A DNA stretch of 58,659 nucleotides from Chiloscyllium plagiosum (taxonomy: Eukaryota). Positions 51,743 to 58,659 of the stretch are shown here, piece by piece (within the stretch, counting starts at the first letter, position 1; every line of letters begins with the position of its first letter). The notes beneath the pieces are model-generated. The model was not told the origin of the DNA. It did not search any database and saw nothing but the letters and a program-made list of their open reading frames with translations. The position numbers and the translations under genes were made by a program. The DNA is taken from assembly GCF_004010195.1 (NCBI RefSeq), contig NC_057728.1, forward strand, positions 48,518,077 through 48,576,735, written 5' to 3'.

Positions 51743-51782
51743 CTGACTCTCCAGTGTTGCCATAAATGTAGCCCCTCGGATA
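51743..51782 (-). CDS. Predicted exon 2: (S)IRGATFMATLESQ
   Basis: Acceptor ttgttttgtctaag, donor CAG|gtgatg, 40 nt; phase 2 in, phase 0 out, matching both neighbouring exons. Confidence 0.55.
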
Positions 51783-52060
51783 CTTAGACAAAACAATTGA
51801 TTCCTAGCAATTACTTCCTTGCTCCTTACAGACAATACAACAACGTATAACAATTTCTATTACAGCCTCACTGTAAACATTGCAAAATACATGGTTTATA
51901 TTGTCTTTCAGCCTTCTTCCTGGAAGCATTTAATTTGCTTTACCATAGTTTCTTTTTCAGTATTTTATATATTTTAACAATGTCCCATTTTTGTAGCAGA
52001 GCTTCTGAAATATTATTTTTCCAACCTAAGTCCTACCTCTATGGATAATAAGACACTTAC

Positions 52061-52065
52061 CTCAT
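52061..52065 (-). CDS. Predicted start (ATG AG) at the 3' end of exon 1
   Basis: gaaATGAG|gtaagt consensus donor; purine at -3; in-frame TAG six codons upstream. Confidence 0.5.
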
Positions 52066-53404
52066 TTCCTGGTCTTCACGCTAATTGATTCACCCTACTC
52101 TGCTAACCACGACAGTGCCTCTAGTCATCACTTTCACACAAACAAAGGACATTTGAGTTATCGATTTCATTTGTTCAATAAAATATGAATGACTGTCTTT
52201 CATTTTACTAGCCTTCACAATATGTCAATCACCTGCCCCCTTGATTTGCTAAATAGATCTCATCTAAAACATATGGAGCTTATTCAAGGAACAGCTACTG
52301 CGGGACATTGATAAGTATATACCTGTCAGACAGGAAGGTAGTTGTTGAGAGAGGGAACCATGGTTTGCTAAAGAAGTTGAAGCTATTGTTAAGAGGAAGA
52401 AGAAGGTTTATGTGAAGATGAGGCATGAAGGCTCAGTTAGGGGACTTGAGAGTTATAATTTAGCCAGAAAAGGGCTAAGAAGAGCTAGGAGGGGACATGA
52501 GAAGTTGTTGGTGGATAGGATCAAGGAAAACCCTAAAGCTTTCTACAGGATATCAGGAATACAAGAATGACTAGAGTAAGATGAGGGCCAATCAAACATA
52601 GTACTGGAAAGTTGTTTGTGGAATCTGAAGACATGGGGAAGCGCTTAATGAATACTTTTCAACAGTATTCACATTGGAAAAGGGCAATGTTAATGAGAAT
52701 ACAGAGATATAGGCTACAGGATTAGAGGGGATTGAGGTTGACAAAGAGGAGGTTTTAGCAATTTTGGAAGATCTGAAAATAGATAAGACTCCTGGGCCGG
52801 ATGGGATTTACCCTCAGATTGTGTGGGAAACTAGGGAGGAGATTGCAGAGCCTTTGGCTTCAATCTTTATGTCATCATTGTCATCAGGAGTAGTGCCAGA
52901 AGACTGGAGGACAGCAAATGTTGTTCTCTTGTTTAATAAGGGGAGTCAGGACAACCCTGGTATTATAGGCCAATGCACCTTAATTTGGTTGAGGGTAAGG
53001 TGTTAGAAAAGGTTATAAGAGATAGGATTTATAATCATCTGGAAAGGAATAATTTAATTAGGGATAGTCAATATGGTTTTGTGAAGGGTAGGTCGTGCCT
53101 CACTAACCTTATTGAGTTCTTCAAGAAGGTGACAAAACAGGTGAATGAAGGTAAGATGGTTAATGTGGTATATATGGACTTCAGTTAGGCATTTGATAAG
53201 ATTCCACATAGTAGGCTATTGCACTTTCGGGATTGAAGGTGATTTAGTGGTTTGGATCAGAAATTGGCTAGCTGAAAGAAGACAGAGGTGGTGGTTGATG
53301 GGAAATGTTCATCCTGGAGCTCAGTTACCAGTGATGTGCCGCAGGGATCTGTTTGGGGTCCGCTGTTTGTCATTTTTATAAATGATCTGGACGTGAGCGT
53401 AGAA

Positions 53405-55027
53405 GGTCAAGCAGCATCAAAGGACCAAGAAAATCGTGTTTCAGACAAAAGCCCTTCATCAGGAATGAGGCAGGAAGCCTCTGGGGTGGAGAGATAAATG
53501 GGAGGAGGTTGGGGCTGGGGAGAAGGTAGCGAAGAGTACAATAGATGGATGGAGGTGGGGATGAAGGTGGTAGGTCGGAGAGGAGGGTGGAGCGGATAGG
53601 TGGGAAGGACGTTTGGCAGGTAGGACAGGTCATGAGGATGGTGCTGAGCTGGCAGGTTGGGGCTGGGGTGAGGTGGGGGGAGGGGAAATGGGGGAACTGG
53701 AGGAATCTGGGTTCATCCCTTGTGGTTGGAGGGTTCCCAGGCAGAAGATGAGGCGCTCTTCCTNNNNNNNNNNNNNNNNNNNNNNNNNNNNNNNNNNNNN
53801 NNNNNNNNNNNNNNNNNNNNNNNNNNNNNNNNNNNNNNNNNNNNNNNNNNNNNNNNNNNNNNNNNNNNNNNNNNNNNNNNNNNNNNNNNNNNNNNNNNNN
53901 NNNNNNNNNNNNNNNNNNNNNNNNNNNNNNNNNNNNNNNNNNNNNNNNNNNNNNNNNNNNNNNNNNNNNNNNNNNNNNNNNNNNNNNNNNNNNNNNNNNN
54001 NNNNNNNNNNNNNNNNNNNNNNNNNNNNNNNNNNNNNNNNNNNNNNNNNNNNNNNNNNNNNNNNNNNNNNNNNNNNNNNNNNNNNNNNNNNNNNNNNNNN
54101 NNNNNNNNNNNNNNNNNNNNNNNNNNNNNNNNNNNNNNNNNNNNNNNNNNNNNNNNNNNNNNNNNNNNNNNNNNNNNNNNNNNNNNNNNNNNNNNNNNNN
54201 NNNNNNNNNNNNNNNNNNNNNNNNNNNNNNNNNNNNNNNNNNNNNNNNNNNNNNNNNNNNNNNNNNNNNNNNNNNNNNNNNNNNNNNNNNNNNNNNNNNN
54301 NNNNNNNNNNNNNNNNNNNNNNNNNNNNNNNNNNNNNNNNNNNNNNNNNNNNNNNNNNNNNNNNNNNNNNNNNNNNNNNNNNNNNNNNNNNNNNNNNNNN
54401 NNNNNNNNNNNNNNNNNNNNNNNNNNNNNNNNNNNNNNNNNNNNNNNNNNNNNNNNNNNNNNNNNNNNNNNNNNNNNNNNNNNNNNNNNNNNNNNNNNNN
54501 NNNNNNNNNNNNNNNNNNNNNNNNNNNNNNNNNNNNNNNNNNNNNNNNNNNNNNNNNNNNNNNNNNNNNNNNNNNNNNNNNNNNNNNNNNNNNNNNNNNN
54601 NNNNNNNNNNNNNNNNNNNNNNNNNNNNNNNNNNNNNNNNNNNNNNNNNNNNNNNNNNNNNNNNNNNNNNNNNNNNNNNNNNNNNNNNNNNNNNNNNNNN
54701 NNNNNNNNNNNNNNNNNNNNNNNNNNNNNNNNNCTGTCCTACCTGCCAATCTTCTTTCCCACCTATCCGCTCCACCCTCCTCTCCGACCTACCACCTTCA
54801 TCCCCACCTCCATCCATCTATTGTACTCTTTGCTACCTTCTCCTCAGCCACACCCCTCCTCCCATTTATCTCTCCATCCCAGAGACTCCCTGCCTCATTC
54901 CTGATGAAGGGCTTTTGTCCAAAACGTTGATTTTCCTGCTCCTCGGATGCTGCCTGACCTGCTGTGCTTTTCCAGCAACACTCTAAACTTGACTTTGATC
55001 TCCAGCATCTGCAGTCCTCACTTTCGC
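53405..55027. mobile_element. Neptune-type PLE insertion with inverted arms around an N gap
   Basis: 53405-53763 is inverted relative to 54734-55027; 18-bp TSD ctgga(c/t)gtg(a/g)gcgtagaa at 53387-53404 and 55028-55045. Confidence 0.88.
53764..54733. other. Assembly gap (N)
   Basis: Run of n. Confidence 1.
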
Positions 55028-56827
55028 CTGGATGTGGGCGTAGAAAGATGGATTACTAAATTTGCGGCAGATACTAAGGTAGACAGAGTTTTTGATAATG
55101 CCAAAGGATGTTTTGGCTTACTGAGGGACATAGATAAGATGCAGAGCTGGGCTGAGAAGTGGCAAATGGAATTTAATGTGGAAAAGTATGAGGTAGTTCA
55201 CTTCGGAAGAAGTAACAGGAATGCAGAGTACTGAGCTCATGGTAAAAGTCTTGGCAGTGTAGATGTACAGAGATCTCAGTGTCCAGGTGCATAAATCCCT
55301 GAAAGTTGCCACCTAGGTTGATAGGGTTGTTAAGAAGGCAAATGGTGTGTTGCCATTTGTCACAAGGTCATGCTTCAGCTGTAAGGCTGCACCTGGAGTA
55401 TTGCATGCAGTTCTGTTCACCGCATTATAGAAAGGAAAGCTTTGGAAAGGGTTCAGAGGAGATTTACTAGGATGTCGCCTGGTATGGAAGGAAGATCTTA
55501 TGAAGAAAGGTTGAGGGAATTGAGGCTGTTTTCATTGGAGCGAAGAAGGTTGAGGTGACTTAATCGAGACGTTTAAGATAATCAGAGGGCTAGTGTCCAC
55601 CCTTTTTCCTCGGATGGTGAAAGCTAACACGAGGGGACATAGCTTTAAATTGAGGGGTGATAGATTTAGGACACATATTAGGGGTAGTTTGTTTACTCAA
55701 AAAGTAGTAGGGACGTGGAACGCACTGCCTGCAACAGTAGCAGACTCGCTGACATTAAGTGCATTTAATGGGCATTGGCAATACATATGGATAATAATGG
55801 AATGGTGTAGATTAGATGGGCATCAGATTATTTTCACAAGTTGGCACAACATTGAGGGGCGAAGGGCCTGAACTGTGCTGCAACGTTCTATGTTCTATGT
55901 CTTTCTTTCTCAGCCCTTGTTTGAATTCAAAAAGCCTCAATGTCAATAATCATACTTCCATCATCCCCAATTTAAACATGCAGCTATCAATGCATTTCCA
56001 CATCATTATCTGGAGGCCTAAATATGTGAACTACAGTTCTGATGTTTTGATAAGGAATAAGCCCATTGGATCTATGGCAGTGGTAGTGGAGTGGAGTAAG
56101 TGGTAACATAAAGAGGATATGATTGTTTTATGTTCCTAAACCTAACTTGAAATTGAAAAAATTTAGAATGCCTAATCTTCCTAAGGTTGAACCAAGTACT
56201 TCAACTGCTGTAAAATGGGGCTATGCAATATGGTTGACATAGCATTCTATTGGTTTAGAAATGCACCGATGCGACTATGGGATAAAATCAGAACTCTCAG
56301 TTTTGCTCCCTTGTTTTTCATTTAAGTCACCAATCTCGTGGTGCAGTCTTTTTCCATACCAGGAGACCAAAACTGGATCACTGCTTAGCTAGATATTTGT
56401 TCTTTGTCTGACAGCATGTTCCTGACCTCCCTGTGGCTCAATTAAGTCCCTCCCTATTCTCAACTCACCCAACCTGACCTTCAACTCACCAAATGATAAT
56501 TTGTAGGTTACTGAAAGAAGCGTTTTCAAATAAATGATAACATAATAATAAATCTCATTTGCTTACAGCCTCTATTGCTGAATTTAAAATATTACAGTGA
56601 CAATGTTGACATGTAATCCACAGTCCCCTATGAAAAAATAATGTCCAGATCCAATCAAGTCAGTTTCCATTAGATGTCTTATGTAACCCATATCTTTGAG
56701 GTGCTCATTGGAGTCATTTTCAGCAGAGTTATACTGTGACATTGCCCACTGGCAATATGTCATCTATGCTACTTTTGTCTCCTGCCCTGGCAGCCACTAA
56801 TGGGTAGATCCACTTCTATTCTATTGT

Positions 56828-56970
56828 TTAATTATTCAGAGTGTCAGTATCTGAATGGGTGGCTGAAAGTGTGAAAGTGAGTGACTGTGTTGCTGCTTCA
56901 TCACAGTCTTCCTGCTCCGCCACTTCTGGATCTTGCACCAATGCCTGGCCAAACTGCAGCTCTTGGCTAT
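56828..56970 (-). other. Exon-like segment SQELQFGQALVQDPEVAEQEDCDEAATQSLTFTLSATHSDTDTLNN*, probably a Harbinger Myb-ORF relic
   Basis: Strong acceptor tccttttcctttcag and an open frame to TAA. The acidic, Ser/Thr-rich sequence resembles the linker of shark Harbinger Myb proteins (from memory). Confidence 0.35.
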
Positions 56971-57264
56971 CTGAAAGGAAAAGGACCTATTTTCTGACAC
57001 CTGCACACTGCCACTTATAGCTAACTATCACATGTGCATAATATTGAACCAATTATTGCCAGCTGCGTATGTGCACAATGTTAAACTAAAAGTTCAGTGA
57101 TTAATTCAGCATAAAGAGGTAATTAAAAGAGAGGTTGTACTTTGTTTAACTGATTATTTACTTGACCACTATAACATAAAATTACCACAAGAAACTGCTT
57201 CATGAAAATGGTATCACTGATTGGTATTTGTAAGTAACTTACTGTAGACATATAATATGATTAA

Positions 57265-58118
57265 TTACATTCCGATTAATTGCATAATCTCTTCTGACCT
57301 TATAATGAAGGCAAGGACTTTGATGAAGCAGAAATGATTTAACCCAGAACAATACCCTGAGGGAATCCTACAGTGATGCTTGGGGCTAAGAAGATTGACC
57401 TCCAATAACCATCTTCCTTTGGGCCAATCAATGGAGAGTATTTCCCCCAATTCCCATTGGCTCCAGTTTTTCTAGCTCTCCTTGATGCCATACTGTGTCA
57501 AACGCTGTCTTGATGTCAAGGGCAGTGTCGAGAGAGTGGTCCTGGAAAAGCACAACAGCTCAGGCAGCATCCGAGGAGCAGGAGAATCAACATTTTGGGC
57601 ATAAGTCCAGCATCTGCAGTCCACACTTTCTACTACATGACATCAAGGGCAGTCACTTTCACCTCATTTTTGGATTTTTTTAGATTATCTACAGTGTGGA
57701 AACAGGCCCTTCAGCCCAACAAGTCCACACCGACCCTCCGAAGAGTAACCCACCCAGATCTATTTCCCTCTGACTAATGCACCTAACACTACGGGACAAT
57801 TTAGCATGGCCAATTCACCTGACCTGCACATCTTTGGACTGTGGGAGGAAACCAGAGCACCTGGAGGACACCCATGCAGACACAGGGAGAATTTGCAAAC
57901 TCCACACAGACAGTCAACCAAGACTGGAATCCGGCCTGGGACCCTGGTGCAGTGAGGCAGCAGTGCTAACCACTGAGCCACCCAGCTGTTGACTGTTTTG
58001 TCCATATTAGCACCAAGGTTTTAATGTGGTTGGGAGCTAACTGGCCCTGACAGCACTCAAACTGAGTATCAGTGAGCAAATTGTTTCTTCATGATACTGC
58101 TTGATAGCACTGTCAACA
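57265..58118 (-). mobile_element. Decayed CR1-group LINE RT fragment with a nested PLE piece (57527-57637) and a SINE
   Basis: Minus strand has ALD..AFD and PQG..LG-like RT remnants; the PLE piece is flanked by tga(tg/ca)tcaagggcagt at 57511-57526 and 57638-57653. Confidence 0.75.
57680..57985 (-). mobile_element. HE1-like V-SINE
   Basis: Reverse complement similarity to the other copies. Confidence 0.88.
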
Positions 58119-58659
58119 ATGTGTTGCTGGAAAAGCGCAGCAGGTCAGGCAGCATCCAAGGAGCAGGAGAATCATTTCGGGCATAAGCCCTTCTTCAGGA
58201 ATGAGGAAGATGTGCCAGGCAAGCTAAAGTAAAAGGTAGGGAGGAGGGACATTGGGAATGCAATAGGTGGAAGGAGGTTAAGGTGAGGGTGATGGGCCAG
58301 AGAGGGGGTAGGGGCAGAGAGGTCGGGAAGAAGATTGCAGGTCAAGAAGGTGGTGCTGAGTCCGAGGTTGGGACTGAGATAAGGTGGGGGGAGGGGAAAT
58401 GAGGAAGGTGGAGAAATCTGCATTCATCCCTTGTGGTTGGAGGGTTCCTAGGCGGAAGATGAGGAGCTCTTCCTCCAGGTGTCGTGTTGCCATGGTCTGG
58501 CGATGGAGGAGGCCAAGGACCTGCATGTCCTGGTGGAGTGGGAGGGGGTGTTAAAGTGTTCCGCCACGGGGCAGTTGAGTTGGTTGGTGCAGGTGTCCCA
58601 GAGGTGTTCTCTGAAACATTCCGCAAGTAGGCGGCCTGTCTCCCCAATGTAGAGGAGGC
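58119..58659 (-). mobile_element. Neptune-type PLE 3' region (GIY-YIG end), truncated by the window edge
   Basis: LLYIGETGRLLAE...MQVLGLLHRQT...EEELLIFRLGTLQPQGMNADF followed by the family-A terminal repeat. Confidence 0.9.

Larger units (their letters stand above)
52260..55898 (+). mobile_element. Long CR1/HER1-like LINE interrupted by a PLE
   Basis: KTPGPDGIYP, SQYGFVKGRSCLTNL, VPQGSVWGPLFVIFINDLD | TKFAADTKV, RGHSFKLRG. Confidence 0.93.

Overview
Eukaryotic, AT-rich vertebrate DNA, almost certainly from a cartilaginous fish: it carries the shark-typical HE1-like V-SINE, a SacSINE1-like Deu-SINE and HER1/CR1 LINEs. A large fraction is decayed, often nested retroelements: CR1 LINEs, SINEs, a solo LTR, Harbinger relics and at least three Penelope-like element (PLE) families. 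There are three N gaps, and nearly all listed ORFs are repeat fragments or chance ORFs. Two host-gene candidates lie on the minus strand. (1) The 5' end of a CpG-island gene, with exon 1 ending at 3751 and a long, uORF-rich, apparently non-coding exon at about 283-1916; its coding part would lie left of the window. (2) A four-exon gene at 48994-52065, missed by the ORF track, whose splice phases join into a 77-aa charged protein I do not recognise. The most striking pattern is a set of PLE-derived inserts bearing minimal hammerhead-ribozyme motifs with covarying stem II. Many sit as about 200-bp head-to-head palindromes with 13-17 bp target-site duplications (TSDs) and fold back at the ribozyme. 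Repeat boundaries were placed by eye and are approximate.
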